Positions 31,481 to 44,152 of a stretch of 64,000 nucleotides of DNA are shown here, one piece after another. The position numbers and the translations under genes were made by a program. Below the pieces are notes generated by a model that was not told the DNA's origin, ran no database searches, and worked only from the letters and a program-made list of their open reading frames with translations. Source of the stretch: Corallochytrium limacisporum Hawaii (taxonomy: Eukaryota > Protista > Pluriformea); contig PDIP01000022.1 in NCBI GenBank assembly GCA_002811645.1, positions 173,365 through 237,364 of the forward strand. The letters run 5' to 3'. The stretch's first letter is position 1. Every line of letters starts with the position of its first letter.

Positions 31481-32794
31481 ATGGGCAAAGATTATCTAGG
31501 ATCCGATCAGAGGCGGGTACGCCCTGATGAAGACAAGGAAGAGGCACCCATCCAGGCTTTGGATGAAGGTGACATTGAAATTTTGAAGACGTACGGACAG
31601 GGACCGTATGCAAATGAAATCAAGTCACTAGAAAAGGAGACACAAGAAGTGCTGAAGAAAGTCAACGAAATGACTGGTGTGAAGGAGTCTGATACCGGTC
31701 TTAGTCACCCTGCCATGTGGGACTTAGCAGCAGATAAGCAGATGATGCAGGAGGAGCAGCCTCTCCAGGTCTCTCGTTGCACAAAGATTATTCAGGAAGG
31801 CAACAACGAAGAAGAGTCAAAGTATGTCATTAATGTGAAGCAGATCGCAAAGTTTGTAGTCGGACTAGGTGAGAAGGTCGCACCTACTGATATTGAAGAG
31901 GGTATGCGAGTTGGCGTCGATCGCCACAAATATCAGATTCAGATTCCATTGCCTCCAAAGATCGACCCAACGGTCACTATGATGCAAGTCGAAGAGAAGC
32001 CCGATGTTACTTATAATGACGTGGGAGGTTGCAAGGAGCAAATTGAGAAGCTCCGCGAGGTTCTGGAAATTCCCTTGTTGCACCCGGAGCGCTTCGTCAA
32101 CTTGGGTATTGAACCTCCGAAGGGTGTTCTGCTCTACGGTCCCCCAGGCACAGGTAAGACCCTGAGTGCGCGTGCTGTAGCCAACAGAACCGATGCTTGC
32201 TTCATTCGTGTCATTGGTTCGGAACTGGTGCAGAAATACGTCGGTGAGGGAGCTCGTATGGTGCGTGAATTGTTCGAGATGGCCCGCAGTAAGAAGGCCT
32301 GCCTTATCTTCTTCGATGAAATTGATGCCGTCGGCGGTGCGCGTGTGGATGACGGTGCAGGGGGTGACAATGAAGTCCAAAGAACAATGTTGGAGTTGAT
32401 CAACCAACTGGATGGTTTCGATGCTCGTGGTAACATTAAGGTTTTGATGGCTACAAATCGCCCTGACACTTTGGACCCTGCTCTCTTGCGTCCTGGTCGT
32501 CTGGATCGTAAGGTCGAGTTCGGCCTGCCTGAGAATGATGGAAGAGCTCATATCTTCAAGATTCATGCCCGCTCTATGAACTGCGAGCGCAATATTCGGT
32601 TTGACCTCTTGGCGCGTCTGTGCCCCAACACCACTGGCGCTGAGATCCGTTCTGTCTGTACCGAGGCGGGTATGTTTGCTGTCCGTGCACGCCGAAAGGT
32701 TGCTACTGAGAAGGACTTCCTGGATGCCATCAACAAGGTCATCAAATCATACGCCAAGTTCAGTGCCACTCCGAAGTACATGGTGTACAACTAG
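31481..32794 (+). CDS. PSMC2: 26S proteasome AAA ATPase Rpt1
   Basis: [21 protein letters not shown] Walker A, FFDEID Walker B, C-terminus [11 protein letters not shown]. Confidence 0.97.
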   Translation: MGKDYLGSDQRRVRPDEDKEEAPIQALDEGDIEILKTYGQGPYANEIKSLEKETQEVLKKVNEMTGVKESDTGLSHPAMWDLAADKQMMQEEQPLQVSRCTKIIQEGNNEEESKYVINVKQIAKFVVGLGEKVAPTDIEEGMRVGVDRHKYQIQIPLPPKIDPTVTMMQVEEKPDVTYNDVGGCKEQIEKLREVLEIPLLHPERFVNLGIEPPKGVLLYGPPGTGKTLSARAVANRTDACFIRVIGSELVQKYVGEGARMVRELFEMARSKKACLIFFDEIDAVGGARVDDGAGGDNEVQRTMLELINQLDGFDARGNIKVLMATNRPDTLDPALLRPGRLDRKVEFGLPENDGRAHIFKIHARSMNCERNIRFDLLARLCPNTTGAEIRSVCTEAGMFAVRARRKVATEKDFLDAINKVIKSYAKFSATPKYMVYN

Positions 32795-34199
32795 AAGTGA
32801 CACCGTGCAAAAGAACAAACCATGAATCAAATCATAGCGAGCCATTCTCAGAGATACATCTATGTGTAGAACACTTTGAGTCTTTTCTGTTGTTGTTTTA
32901 AGATTATCAGACCCCATGTGACGTATTTAGCTGACGTTGTCCCGTAGGACTACGTGGAAACACTTACCATTATGTGATGCATACCTGGCCATCGCACATG
33001 GATGTACTACGTGTTTTAGCCCGGTTGTAGCCAATCGAAGCCCGTGCCGGGCCCTACCCGGCTGTTGGGGGGGGGGGAGATCCCCTGCGTGGGGCGCGGG
33101 AAGTTGACCCCCCACCTCGCGGGGGGGGCCGGGACCGAGGTAAAAGGGGCTCTGCTTCCCGGGGGGGGAGTACAGTTGGACGGGCCCTCGGACACCACCA
33201 CCACCACCACGAAGCGACGATGTGTGTGCCCGCGATCTGAGCCGGTTGATCCGAATTGGGAACGGTTTCCCTTTGGGTTTTAGACTCGGGTTGTCCGATA
33301 GCAGTTTTTGGTCACGGTTGTCCGTTGGCACCGGACAACAGAGAACACACACACACTGAGCGGGGAACCCATGCGATGAAAGGCACCAGTGACCTTTTTC
33401 AATTCCTGGTCAACATTGTATACTGATTACTATGAATAATTTCAGTGGAGGTCGTGGAATGGGAACGGAACTCACAAGAATTTTTGTTCAGTGGTCTATA
33501 CTGACCGTCCATGGTTCATCAGCATTGCCACCGTCGAAAGTTTTTGTTCGTGCAGCCCGGAATCGGAGTCATCGTGTTCAAACTCGTTGGTCGCCTCCCT
33601 CGAGTTCAAATTTTCACAGCAAGATTGTCCGTCCGCGTTGCCGGTAACTGGTTGCTGGAAGTTTGAACAGCCCGCTGACGTGAAAAGGTCCAATTTTCTC
33701 CGCGAAGAGTTACTTCTAGGCAGCGCAAGAGTGGGGAAACTCCCAGAGGAAGGGACCGAGGGTGGGAAAAGGCCCCAAAGGCACTGGGCCCTCCCCAAAG
33801 GGCGCCAGGTTAGGTGAGTCTCCCGGGAGCCTGAAAGTGCTATGGGCAGGTATTTGGGGCCGTGTAGGCTATCGGCACATCGTTAGCATGCTTTCGTGTT
33901 GATCGTTCGTGTAGGGTACGGTGTAGGACGATAATGAGTCGATGAGCAATGGGAAATGGAAAACCTGAAGAAAACAAATGCAAATAAGAGCTTGTAGGCG
34001 GCGGCGACTGTACTAGCTGAGGACCTCGTCTGGAACACCACGTCCGGACGCAGGAAATATTGAAATCCGAAACCCGAACAAACACGGAGCCTAATGGTTG
34101 TTCCAGACCACAGTTGATCTTGGAATAGAACATTTTTGATAAGCGCCTGGAAACTTTGGATTTCTTTGGTACTGAGGGATTTGTACCACCGCACACACC

Positions 34200-35684
34200 A
34201 TGGGAGACCTCTACGTAGCAGCTCTGGTCGCCTTTGGTGCTGCGTTCGGTGCCTTTGTGGGCATGTATACAGCTCATCAAATGAACCCACCCAACAATCC
34301 TCTGAATATTGAGCGCGCTCTCAGCATGATCCAAAGCCCAACAGGAGACGGGGTGAAGTCTGGAAGGGCTGCTCAAGATGCAGCTCTGAAGAACCTTGCC
34401 TTGCAGCACTTGCAAATGGCGCAACAAATCCTATTGGTTGTGAAGAGCAATCATCTGCTTGAAACTACAGCCTCTTTGGATGACACAAGTCGCCAGGGCA
34501 GAAGCACGGACGGGCAGGTGCCGCTCGCGGCAGCTCTGCGACGTGTGCGCACCGCCATCGATGTCTTGAAGGAGGACCTTCAGTCAACAGGAAAGAAAGA
34601 CAACGTTGTAAGACTAGATAAGAGTGTGAAGGGTCAGACAAGGCTCAGTGCAGACGGTGTTGCTAGTTCAATCACTTCCCCAGATTCTTTCTACTCTGCA
34701 GCTTCCGACGAGGATGAACCGGCAATGGGGGACGGCTCGATGCCAGATCTTAACGGCCACCCCATGTCAACGGAGGTGCTTGGCGATCAGGAGGTGCCTG
34801 GTGCCTCTGTTGGTCCAGCCATGAAAGAATCAGAGCCCATTCACGTGGCGGGACTGGAAGCAAAACTTGCGACGGAGACGGAGATCATGGAGCTGACGGA
34901 AGTTGACATAAAATTGTGGCACCATGCGAGAATGGCAGAGGAGCAGCAACAGATCCGGGTGCGATTGGTCCGTCATGAAATGGTGCAAGTTGAAAGTGCG
35001 GAGATCTACCGCATAAAGGTCTTTTGCCAACGGAGGGCTTACACACACATGTTGAGCAATCCGGAAAGGAGTAAACGACTCGTTGACACACTTATGCGGG
35101 TGTGTAAGGACCTGCTGCTTGTTCTTGGGCAGTCGACGGGAGCTTTTGAGCAGCGCATGAAGGAGTTGCTGCTCTTTTGTGCATATGACAAGCAGCGAAA
35201 TTTCACGAACATGGTAAACGAACTGATGAAGAGCAAGCGAAACCTCAGTGAAATCACATTCTACGATGTTTGTATCGACTTTATCCTTCTCGATGCATTC
35301 CACGACCTCGCAAACCCACCGGATGCAGTCATGGCCGTGTTAGGGAACACGTGGATCCCAGTAAGTGTCAAAAAAGCAGGTGTCAGTCGAGCTATTTACA
35401 GTGTCATATCGGGAAAGTCATCCATGGTAAACGACAAGGCCGGCTTCATGAGTCATTTCTATCGACTTACCCTGACCTTGACTCCCCATCTCAGTGCTGC
35501 AGCGCTCTGCGGAGATGCCGCCACTGCTGGGCCAGTAAAGATGTTCATTGAAGAAATGACCCAATGTGTGCGGGATACATTCAACTCAGACGTTGTCGAC
35601 TACTCTACCACAGAAACCTTGGCGGATACCATGTACGAACGCATCCTACAATTGGAGAAGGTACATTTGCTCCACAATAGCTAG
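34200..35684 (+). CDS. MIGA: Mitoguardin (MIGA/FAM73) lipid-transfer contact-site protein
   Basis: N-terminal TM; FFAT-like SITSPDSFYSAASDEDE; C-domain FYDVCIDFILLDAFHDLANPP..V.AVL.N.W. Confidence 0.85.
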   Translation: MGDLYVAALVAFGAAFGAFVGMYTAHQMNPPNNPLNIERALSMIQSPTGDGVKSGRAAQDAALKNLALQHLQMAQQILLVVKSNHLLETTASLDDTSRQGRSTDGQVPLAAALRRVRTAIDVLKEDLQSTGKKDNVVRLDKSVKGQTRLSADGVASSITSPDSFYSAASDEDEPAMGDGSMPDLNGHPMSTEVLGDQEVPGASVGPAMKESEPIHVAGLEAKLATETEIMELTEVDIKLWHHARMAEEQQQIRVRLVRHEMVQVESAEIYRIKVFCQRRAYTHMLSNPERSKRLVDTLMRVCKDLLLVLGQSTGAFEQRMKELLLFCAYDKQRNFTNMVNELMKSKRNLSEITFYDVCIDFILLDAFHDLANPPDAVMAVLGNTWIPVSVKKAGVSRAIYSVISGKSSMVNDKAGFMSHFYRLTLTLTPHLSAAALCGDAATAGPVKMFIEEMTQCVRDTFNSDVVDYSTTETLADTMYERILQLEKVHLLHNS

Positions 35685-35738
35685 CATACATCCCATCAAT
35701 TCCATTTAACTTTTCCAGTTTTAAGTTGTTTTGATCCA

Positions 35739-36038
35739 TCATTGCAATTTTTCCAAACTTTCTCCCGGAAGGTGTCTTTGTGCCAGTTCGAAGACTTTGA
35801 AGTCTGTAGTAATTCTTTGGTGTCGCTTGATTAGAAGTATTGCATCGGAAGCATCAACTATTCGTCTCGATGCATGATCTGCAAAAGTCACAAGATCTGT
35901 TGCAATCTGACTAATATATAGAGAGATTCCGTTCTTTAAAATATCAATTTCTTCCTTCTTTAATTTCTTTGGCTGTAAGGCTCGCTTAACATAGTTTTCG
36001 CCGGACTTTTCCACAGCGGAACCTGAGGCACCACTCAT
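35739..36038 (-). CDS. CENP-T-like histone-fold protein (99 aa)
   Basis: Y..QIATDL..FADHA.RR.V...D..LL.KR...LAQRHLP.E matches the CENP-T histone fold and extension. Confidence 0.7.
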   Translation of the reverse strand: MSGASGSAVEKSGENYVKRALQPKKLKKEEIDILKNGISLYISQIATDLVTFADHASRRIVDASDAILLIKRHQRITTDFKVFELAQRHLPGESLEKLQ

Positions 36039-36342
36039 GGCAACCTTGGCTTTGGCTTCGCTTCCTTTTTGTTCATCTACCCATCTACGCTCTATATGCA
36101 CTGATCTGCGTAAGCGTTTTCATAGATCCTACCCTCATGGCATCTCTTTTTTCATAGCTTTAGTTAATGAATATTCTCTATGAAGTGAATCACGTTGGCT
36201 ATGCGCACTGACCGAACTACCCTGAGGGCCGAAATCTTGGCGGCCTCTGGCGCGAAAGAATTTCTTACGCTGGAGCCCTTCCCTCCCCCCTTTCTTCCCT
36301 GAAGTGAGGGGGTCCAGCATTAGCGGGCATGTCTTCTGACAG

Positions 36343-39300
36343 TTAGCCAAAAACGTCCTCCATATCCGGAACCAGCGCTTCGTTCAGGTCTTCATTGTCT
36401 TCCGGTTTAACCTTGTCATTCGGTCCCACATTCTCATGTTCAGAGAGATCCGTTCCCACCCTTGCGCCGTGCCCTGACGAGGCAGTCCCCTTCTCAGCAA
36501 AGTTGAAAAAGTGAATCGGTCTGTGCAAGGGGTCGTAGAAGTCACGCGGATTGGTTAGGGCTAAACTGAAGGCCATACCCTTCGAGTGCTTGATGCCCAT
36601 GAAATTGTAGTTCCAGATGCCCTGCTCAGGTGCCATGAAGAATCCAAGAACCCGTTCGGACAGAAGTAGGGGAACTCTCTGACTATGCTGCGGTACGTAG
36701 CTCAGCTCGCTACCGGCCTTAGCCACAAGTTCGTCGTTCTCGCGACCCCAGGCCATGCCATCTGCGGTCACACTGTGACAGCTAAGGGACACTGAGCCCG
36801 ACGTGAACGTAATATTCAATACAACTGCTGTTTCCATCGCCCATCCATGGTCATCCAGCAGCATGGCGTGCGTCGTGACGTCTTGCACACTGAGGTACGG
36901 AATGTCATTTGACTGCGTGTGGATCCACCCTAGCGGTTCCAAGCCACTGAGGTACTCGTGATCCGGTGCCTGATGAGGTAGGATAATTGACTGGTAGGTT
37001 CCAATTTGAGGCACCATAACAATGCACTGAATCTCCTTCACGTAATCATTGTCGTTTGGTGTGGTACCGTAGAGGTATCCAGCAATCTGTGTGCGACTAT
37101 CTGCAATGGTAACGAACGTATTCAATAAATTCCTTGGCAATACATACGTGTACCCGTCCTCAGCAACATCTTGCGATGCAACATAAATTTGATTGAGACG
37201 AGACCGTAAAGTTGCAGCGGCCAGTGCTCTCTGACGCCAATCCGCTTTGCTGGCAAAGGTTTGCTGCTCAAAATTTGAAGAAGTCGTGACCGTGATCCTT
37301 TCGCCAAACACATTTGTCGTTTGAGTTGTAAACGTGGTGACGTGCTTTGCATCTTGCTGCTCCTTTTGGGTCTTCTCCAATTCCGCCATCTGCTTGCGCT
37401 GCTCGGTTGGTGCCGATATTTTCATGCCCAAGATGATGTCCCGAATCTCCGACTGAGTCAGAACTGATGGGTTTACATCATTTCGCTTACCAAAGTCCTC
37501 TAGGATCAAATCCTTCAAGTTCACTTCTACGTGCATCCATTGCTCATCTGTGAGTGTGGGCCAGATATGATGCGGCTCTGTCAAAGTATCAATGTCTGGC
37601 CTTAGGATGATTTTAGTTCGCTCCATGTTGATGTGCAGGGCCCTTACGATCAACAAAAGACGACTGAAAGCAGTATAGCTACTTATAGACTTCAACCAGT
37701 CATCAAACAAATTGAATAGGGCCATCTTCGGCTCGGTGGCCTTGAGAATCAAATCAGCGAGCTTCTCCATCTTCATAATGGATTGGAAAGGTAGCTTAAG
37801 CTCACTGCCCTTAATCACAATGTTCGGAAAGTCCAGTAGGTGCACTTCCAGAGGATCAAGCATACCCCGACGGGTCACAATGACCTGCTTCGGTTGCTCC
37901 TCAACTGGTAGAGAGCGGATCAAGGCAGCAACTTCCTCTGCAGTCTTCCACTTCGCGAGTTGTGCTAGTCGCTTTTGTCCAGCCCAGACCGATGTATGGA
38001 TAATCTTCAAAAAGAGCTGCCCAGTTCGCGGATTGAAGATGAAGATGGCACCATTTATCGGCGTGGTCTGTAAATTTCCATCCACAGTCTTGTGAACCGT
38101 GACACGATATACCTGTGAGTCGTCAATAAACCAAATCGTTTGATTCGAAAACAATTCGCCATAGTTTTGAGAGTTCAAGAACGGTTCAGACGATTCAGAT
38201 GCATACAGTTGTAGGGCCTTTCGGACTCGCTCCCGCATGACGTGTAGCGCTGGGTTGCTCTTCACAATTTTGGTCATAGCACTTGTTATCAAAGGCTTCA
38301 TGCCAGGTGTCCAATTGCCATACGCAGAGAAAGTATTGTACGCAAGATCCACAGCAATAATAGTACCAGTGGGACTGGGGTACAGAGACTCTACATCACT
38401 CGTATAGTCCAGAAACTTGGCTCTTGCATAGCGCTCAATGTCGTGAGAATCAAAATCACCCCAGCGCAACTGCACGTCGATCCAGAATGTCTGAGTGGTT
38501 CCTTGATCCAAGGAATCCTTTCCTGTCAGGAGGGACGGCTTTGAAAATGGCCACCGGTTCGCAGCGAAGAGTAAGATATCTGCACAAGAAGAATGCATTC
38601 GATAAGATTTTCGCGGATGGATCTGCTCCTTTTGCACACTTTCAATCTCCAAGTCATCTAGTTGCTGATCGAAGACCTGACAGAGATCCATGACGATAGA
38701 CTCATGAATCTTTTGCCAGAGATGTGCCCGGAATATTTGAAGGAGACTGATCTTGAGGGTCGGAATCTTGCCGTGCATGAATATTCCGGTGAGATCAAGC
38801 TGCACCTGAAAGCCGACGTATACATTGGCACGATTGATAGTCGGAGACCACCACAGCGTGAATCGTCTGTTCGGAATCTGTGTCAGACCTGTTCGTTGGG
38901 CATTTGTCAACTTCTTGTACTTCATGCTCTCTTCGAATCCATTGGCCTTTTCCCAGAACAAACCTTCCCAAGTTTGGAAATATGTCGCTTTGAACAAAGA
39001 GTGCTCCAAGATATTCTCGACGCCTCCAAGAGCTTGGATCATGTCAGTGCGATAGTTTGAAAGGTTCCAAAGCTTTCCATCATGTCGTTGGTGAGTCCAA
39101 TACATTGCGGAGTTCCTTGGGATATTATACTTACGCAATGATCCCCGTAGGCGCCAGCCCTTGTCGTATGCTAGGGTTTGGCGATCCTTTTGAAATAGTG
39201 TGTTAATGCGAGGAATACCGCGATCCCAGGAGTCTTCCAAGTCTTCCAACGTAAGTCGACGATGTTGCTCAAGTGCTTGCTTCCGCTTGAGGGCGTAGTC

Positions 39301-42300
39301 TGCCCATGTCCTTTGTGAATCAAGAAATTCAGCTTCCCAACTTAGCACGTATCGGTACAGATTTGGGATCAGTTGACCTTCTCCATTGCCCAGTCCCGCT
39401 CTAAAATGGCTTGGCCCAACTTCAGTCTGCTGACTAAATCGAAGGTCAGATGCAGGAATGAGCACATGACCCATGCTCAGCATACCCAACCCCCCTAGTT
39501 CCTTTGGGGTGTAGAAGACCACGGGAGGAAAGCGGTCTGGCATCTTAGAGTTCAACCCCATTTTGATCTTGTTTTGGACTGCGTTCTCTGCCTTCACTAC
39601 AATATCAAGCAATTGTGGCGTGTTGATGATGGCCTCACGGTAGTACGTTACAAGAGCAAGAAGTGCAGAGTTCCACCTTGCTGCAATCTTGGTGAATGGT
39701 GAAGTACCAGCAGTCATCAAAAGAGAACGAATCCGACTCCAAAACTCGTCTACTGCACTTTGCTCAACCTTCACATACGCCATCGCTGTCTTTGCCATGG
39801 TTGTTGAGTTCTGAAGGGTCCATTCAGCATCGCTTGCTGACGGCGGCAACTGACCGGCTCGACTTCGGGGCAAAATACGAACATCAAAACCATTCATGGA
39901 GAACAGTAAGTTTGGATTGTTTACGCTGTAAACGGACACAAACCCATCCTCCCATCTGAGAGTAGCGAGACTATTGGGAAGGCGGCTTCGGATTTCCCAG
40001 TGGATGGCACGGCCAAGATTGACATCAGTCTTCATCAATCTCATTCTTTGGTCCCGGGGCCAGTTTCTCTTGTTTCCATATCCAATTATGTTTTCATTAT
40101 TAGGGTCAGGATGCTCTGAAAGGTACTGTTGCGTGAGAGCCCTGGCTTCTTCACCGTCGTCAAATCTGAGCAGCATATGAATCCTATCAATGTTCCTCGA
40201 ATAAAGCCGAATAGGATGACTGGTTTCAACCTCCACATCTTCAAAGCACAAAAACTCGTTGGGTGCTTCAACTGGACCTGCCATGTCTGCTGCACGCTCT
40301 AAACCAAGAAGCAAGAGATCCATCATCATTCCATAGTATTGCAAGACGAATCCACTGAATTGCAATCCGCGAACAACTCCATACGAGTTGGTATGGCTCA
40401 TGTCCTTGTACGACAAGACCACATTGTTCTTGGCCGTAATATAGTCTGCGATGTTGTGGTCAACGATGAGCCTCAACAAACGATTCAAAAACGTCAGGTC
40501 AATTTTCTCGTGAAATCTTTCTAACTTACCATCTACCATGACGGTGGTTGCCCCCCGATTCACACTCCAAATGTCGTGCAAGTCGTTGATGCCCTTGCAC
40601 CATTTATATACGAGCAGTGGTGCTGGCTCTGTATCAGCGGGTTTGATCCAAGCAGGGAAGAGGTTCCGTTTGTCTGCTTCGTACCAAAGGTATTGATCCA
40701 AGTACGCATCCGTTATCTTTTCCAGAGGATCAATTGTGTTACAAGGTGTTAGATGGCTCAGGTTGTCCACTAGTTCCACCTTCACTTCCTTGAACGTTCG
40801 CATAGTCAACAGATGACGTTTGATGCGAGCTAGTGCTTCGTGCGGATTGTCATATGCCTGTTCAATCAATCCGAGCTCCTCTCTTTGTTGTTGGTTCAAT
40901 TTGCCCGTAACATCATACGTTTCCTCCAGGCGTTCCAGTGCCAAACGCAGAATCTTTGTATCATGCTTGTAATTCACAGGAGGGAATGGAATCGGTGAGA
41001 ATCTACGAGACTCTAACCAGTGCACCACAGACGTGTACATCTTGATTGCATCATCGGCATTCAAATACGGACCCTCGGTAGCATAAGCCTGCTGTCTTTC
41101 ACTCTCACTTTTCATATACAGTCGCATCAGACGTCCGAGGTTCTTCTTCGCAGCGGTTTTGTCCGTGAGGTTACCTTTCTTGATTTGTTCGCGAACATGG
41201 TATGCATTTTGAGTCCACCAGTCCGCCTTCATTTTCACGTAGCGTAGGATCATCTTTTCAATTGGTACGGGCATCCCTGGCACTTTCCATGGAGTGTCTG
41301 CTTTCCAGCAGCGCCAGGCTTCACTCAAGTGCTGGAGAATTACGCGTGCCTTACTGGCGCGAACGCCCTCTGGCATCATGTCATTGATGTCGTGCATGAC
41401 TGAAGCTCGGAGCTCAATATCAAAGCGAGACTCAATCCTCTGCTTTGTAACTCTGTGCACCAAGTCCTTTGTCTGTCGGCCTTCAAATTGCCTTCCCAGG
41501 AGATTCCCTAGCCATTGTTCCAGCAATGGAGTTACTCCGCGCATGCCGAACACCCACACTCGCCAAGCTGGTCCCCAGAATCCAACACCTGGTCCTTTTC
41601 CAACAGGCCCACTGTTGAAGCGATGGTAGACTATGTGTTTTAAGTCTTTGGTAGCTCTGATTTGCCTCATGAATTTGTACTTGTAACGGTACAGTCCTGT
41701 CAGTTGCCCAACATGGTTAAAGATGTAGTGAATACCATCAGCAAGTTGATAGGCATCAATGTTTCCAAGCCTGAACATAACATGCGCGTCCACTAACATT
41801 TTCACCAGTCTAAAGAATTCCCTCATGAGATGGAACGCGTGTCCGAAGCGTGATTTCTTCCGTTCTTTTGTTGTCAGTGTCCGAATAGGTTTCAAATTGA
41901 AGTTATAGTCCAGGTGCAAGTAGGTCAAACCTCGCTTGTGGATTAGGAGGTTCAGCATGTTGTGTCCTTGCCGACAAAGCTGAAGGCCCGCCTCTACCCA
42001 ATCGATGTTAGTCATCTGGAAGAACTTCGTTGACCTAAAACTGGACATCAAATTCCTGCGCTTCTGAGCCTTCGGTCTCCTTCTGTGCAATTCATTGAGC
42101 ACATGTCTCTTCAGCATTTTCTTGTAGCTCAACTTTACCTTGTGCGGTGCATCCACAGGATACTTTCCCAGGTACCATTCTTTCACCAAAGGTACATCGA
42201 GGGCTCGTACCATTCTTCCTGACCGATCGTTGAACGATTTAGGTCCGTGAAGAAGAAGGATTGCATCAGTCGTAGCCTTTGATGTGAGTGGCTCACTGCC

Positions 42301-43449
42301 AAAATCCGGAAGCAAATCAGGGCATGCTACAAAGTCCACAGTATCTCCTGCACTGTCAACAGTCATGTAATCTGGTGCAGGTGCCCCCCATGTGAGATCG
42401 ATATCAGGCAATGTTGTAGTCGACCTATGTACAATTGGGTTGATAGACGCATTGAATCGTGCCCACTCTGTAGTCTCGTCCTCTCCTGTTTCACGATCCT
42501 CTTCAAAAGTTACGAATGCACTGTGTGATTTGGAATAGCGCATAAGCTGGACATCTCGGGGCCGACTGTTGTACAGGTGCGGAAAAGCAATTCGACGTCT
42601 CTCTCCCAGTCTCCCTCTTACAATAATGGTATTGATGTCGTTAAAATCATTCCAATCCTCGTCCTCGTTCGCAAGCTCCGGATGCAGTGGTTCAAACTTA
42701 GGTCCACCAGGAACAGCTAGATTCAGTGCTTTGGACGTTAGGAAGGAGTTCATGTCAAACAGAAACGAATCATCTTCATCGCTACCGTCTAGCAATGGAG
42801 ATGCAAGTCGTTGCAAGCTTGCAAGTTTGCTTGTACTCAACTTCCATGTTCTATAAGATATTCCGTTGGTACATTTCGTTTCAGCCAACGGATAATGATC
42901 GTACAACCAATCGATTATCTCCGAATCTTCTTCTTCATCTAGCTCGAGCTGTACTGGATCGAAATCTTCCAGGCCCGCAATGTGCTCTGCATAGTCGAGG
43001 GGAGGCTCCTCGTCATCCATTGGTGGAAATCGCATTCGCTTGAAGAACTTTCTATCCCGTTTCTCCCTCCGCATCGCCAGCCAACATGTCGCCCACTGTG
43101 CAATGTACACGGGTTTGATGACCCTGGGGGTCTCGTTCACAAAGGTGATCGCCCCTGTAGTATGATACAACACATCAACCCTGCGCTTCGACTCCCAAGG
43201 CATTGGCATGTTCTCAAGCAACTTAAGCAAGGCATGTGGCATGTATTTCAAGGCGCCTAGATATGCCCGCTTGTCTGATGAGAATTTTGAGCTGGTAAAG
43301 TCCCCATATTCTCGAACCAGCTTGCGCAGTTCCTGGGACGGAGTTGGATACTTCTCTGTTCGACCTTTCAAGGGCCGCAAGTGCTTCAGTGTACCATGTT
43401 TCTTCCGTCGGCCTCTCTTACGAACCGCATGAACTTTTAGTTGTGCCAT
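36343..43449 (-). CDS. PRPF8: Pre-mRNA splicing factor Prp8
   Basis: [45 protein letters not shown], RNase H-like and Jab1/MPN domains; first in-frame ATG at 43449; no intein. Confidence 0.98.
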   Translation of the reverse strand: MAQLKVHAVRKRGRRKKHGTLKHLRPLKGRTEKYPTPSQELRKLVREYGDFTSSKFSSDKRAYLGALKYMPHALLKLLENMPMPWESKRRVDVLYHTTGAITFVNETPRVIKPVYIAQWATCWLAMRREKRDRKFFKRMRFPPMDDEEPPLDYAEHIAGLEDFDPVQLELDEEEDSEIIDWLYDHYPLAETKCTNGISYRTWKLSTSKLASLQRLASPLLDGSDEDDSFLFDMNSFLTSKALNLAVPGGPKFEPLHPELANEDEDWNDFNDINTIIVRGRLGERRRIAFPHLYNSRPRDVQLMRYSKSHSAFVTFEEDRETGEDETTEWARFNASINPIVHRSTTTLPDIDLTWGAPAPDYMTVDSAGDTVDFVACPDLLPDFGSEPLTSKATTDAILLLHGPKSFNDRSGRMVRALDVPLVKEWYLGKYPVDAPHKVKLSYKKMLKRHVLNELHRRRPKAQKRRNLMSSFRSTKFFQMTNIDWVEAGLQLCRQGHNMLNLLIHKRGLTYLHLDYNFNLKPIRTLTTKERKKSRFGHAFHLMREFFRLVKMLVDAHVMFRLGNIDAYQLADGIHYIFNHVGQLTGLYRYKYKFMRQIRATKDLKHIVYHRFNSGPVGKGPGVGFWGPAWRVWVFGMRGVTPLLEQWLGNLLGRQFEGRQTKDLVHRVTKQRIESRFDIELRASVMHDINDMMPEGVRASKARVILQHLSEAWRCWKADTPWKVPGMPVPIEKMILRYVKMKADWWTQNAYHVREQIKKGNLTDKTAAKKNLGRLMRLYMKSESERQQAYATEGPYLNADDAIKMYTSVVHWLESRRFSPIPFPPVNYKHDTKILRLALERLEETYDVTGKLNQQQREELGLIEQAYDNPHEALARIKRHLLTMRTFKEVKVELVDNLSHLTPCNTIDPLEKITDAYLDQYLWYEADKRNLFPAWIKPADTEPAPLLVYKWCKGINDLHDIWSVNRGATTVMVDGKLERFHEKIDLTFLNRLLRLIVDHNIADYITAKNNVVLSYKDMSHTNSYGVVRGLQFSGFVLQYYGMMMDLLLLGLERAADMAGPVEAPNEFLCFEDVEVETSHPIRLYSRNIDRIHMLLRFDDGEEARALTQQYLSEHPDPNNENIIGYGNKRNWPRDQRMRLMKTDVNLGRAIHWEIRSRLPNSLATLRWEDGFVSVYSVNNPNLLFSMNGFDVRILPRSRAGQLPPSASDAEWTLQNSTTMAKTAMAYVKVEQSAVDEFWSRIRSLLMTAGTSPFTKIAARWNSALLALVTYYREAIINTPQLLDIVVKAENAVQNKIKMGLNSKMPDRFPPVVFYTPKELGGLGMLSMGHVLIPASDLRFSQQTEVGPSHFRAGLGNGEGQLIPNLYRYVLSWEAEFLDSQRTWADYALKRKQALEQHRRLTLEDLEDSWDRGIPRINTLFQKDRQTLAYDKGWRLRGSLRKYNIPRNSAMYWTHQRHDGKLWNLSNYRTDMIQALGGVENILEHSLFKATYFQTWEGLFWEKANGFEESMKYKKLTNAQRTGLTQIPNRRFTLWWSPTINRANVYVGFQVQLDLTGIFMHGKIPTLKISLLQIFRAHLWQKIHESIVMDLCQVFDQQLDDLEIESVQKEQIHPRKSYRMHSSCADILLFAANRWPFSKPSLLTGKDSLDQGTTQTFWIDVQLRWGDFDSHDIERYARAKFLDYTSDVESLYPSPTGTIIAVDLAYNTFSAYGNWTPGMKPLITSAMTKIVKSNPALHVMRERVRKALQLYASESSEPFLNSQNYGELFSNQTIWFIDDSQVYRVTVHKTVDGNLQTTPINGAIFIFNPRTGQLFLKIIHTSVWAGQKRLAQLAKWKTAEEVAALIRSLPVEEQPKQVIVTRRGMLDPLEVHLLDFPNIVIKGSELKLPFQSIMKMEKLADLILKATEPKMALFNLFDDWLKSISSYTAFSRLLLIVRALHINMERTKIILRPDIDTLTEPHHIWPTLTDEQWMHVEVNLKDLILEDFGKRNDVNPSVLTQSEIRDIILGMKISAPTEQRKQMAELEKTQKEQQDAKHVTTFTTQTTNVFGERITVTTSSNFEQQTFASKADWRQRALAAATLRSRLNQIYVASQDVAEDGYTYVLPRNLLNTFVTIADSRTQIAGYLYGTTPNDNDYVKEIQCIVMVPQIGTYQSIILPHQAPDHEYLSGLEPLGWIHTQSNDIPYLSVQDVTTHAMLLDDHGWAMETAVVLNITFTSGSVSLSCHSVTADGMAWGRENDELVAKAGSELSYVPQHSQRVPLLLSERVLGFFMAPEQGIWNYNFMGIKHSKGMAFSLALTNPRDFYDPLHRPIHFFNFAEKGTASSGHGARVGTDLSEHENVGPNDKVKPEDNEDLNEALVPDMEDVFG

Positions 43450-44152
43450 GATGGGCCGGTGGGTACCATAAACACTTGGACTCTTCGAGACACGTCCGGA
43501 ATCACTTGATCCCACTGGTCCCCCATGCACCTACCATGATGGGTTTCTAATGAATCCCGTTCAATTCAATAGGATTGCGTAGCTCACACAGACCATGTAA
43601 GTGTTGATCAGGGCATCTGCTGCATGCATTGTAATCATCGTCTCTTACATACTTTCAACCACGGCTTGTTCAAGACTGTGCACGCGCTCCTCTCGGGCAC
43701 ACAGGCGGGGGCCTTCGCAGGAGGCGAGCCCCTCTTCAACGGGCACTCGGTAGGTAGCTGCACACTCCCAGGTGCTTACAACCGCTTCCCCTCGCTGCCC
43801 GCCAAAAAATATAAGAATGAGGGAGGAGCACAGCTCCCAGAGAACCAACGGACCCGGACTGGGCCAGATCCGCCTGGGTATGCAGCGGTATCCCCGGCGG
43901 GGAGGAGAAATGTTCACCTTTGGCCGTTTTCGTCCGTTCCTGGGTCGAAAGAACCAAGCCACGGCCCCAAGCGGAGATTGATATCTGTGGTCATGGGAGG
44001 GTACAAGAGGTTGCACATTGAGGATGAATAGGACGGAGGAAGTTCATCCAATGAGGACGGCTTCACATACCAGCAATTTGGCCTGTTAAGAATTGGAAAT
44101 GTAAGCGAGTTTACGTAAGGGACGTCACGTCAAGTCGGCGGCTAAGCACGTC

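Noticed and set aside
32955-33500. U1-like ACTTACC, U6-like ACAGAGA and Sm-like AATTTTTG
   Set aside because: Isolated short motifs without the other conserved snRNA sequences or stems.
36343-43449. Intein in Prp8
   Set aside because: Normal length, no C...HN splice motifs and no LAGLIDADG insert.
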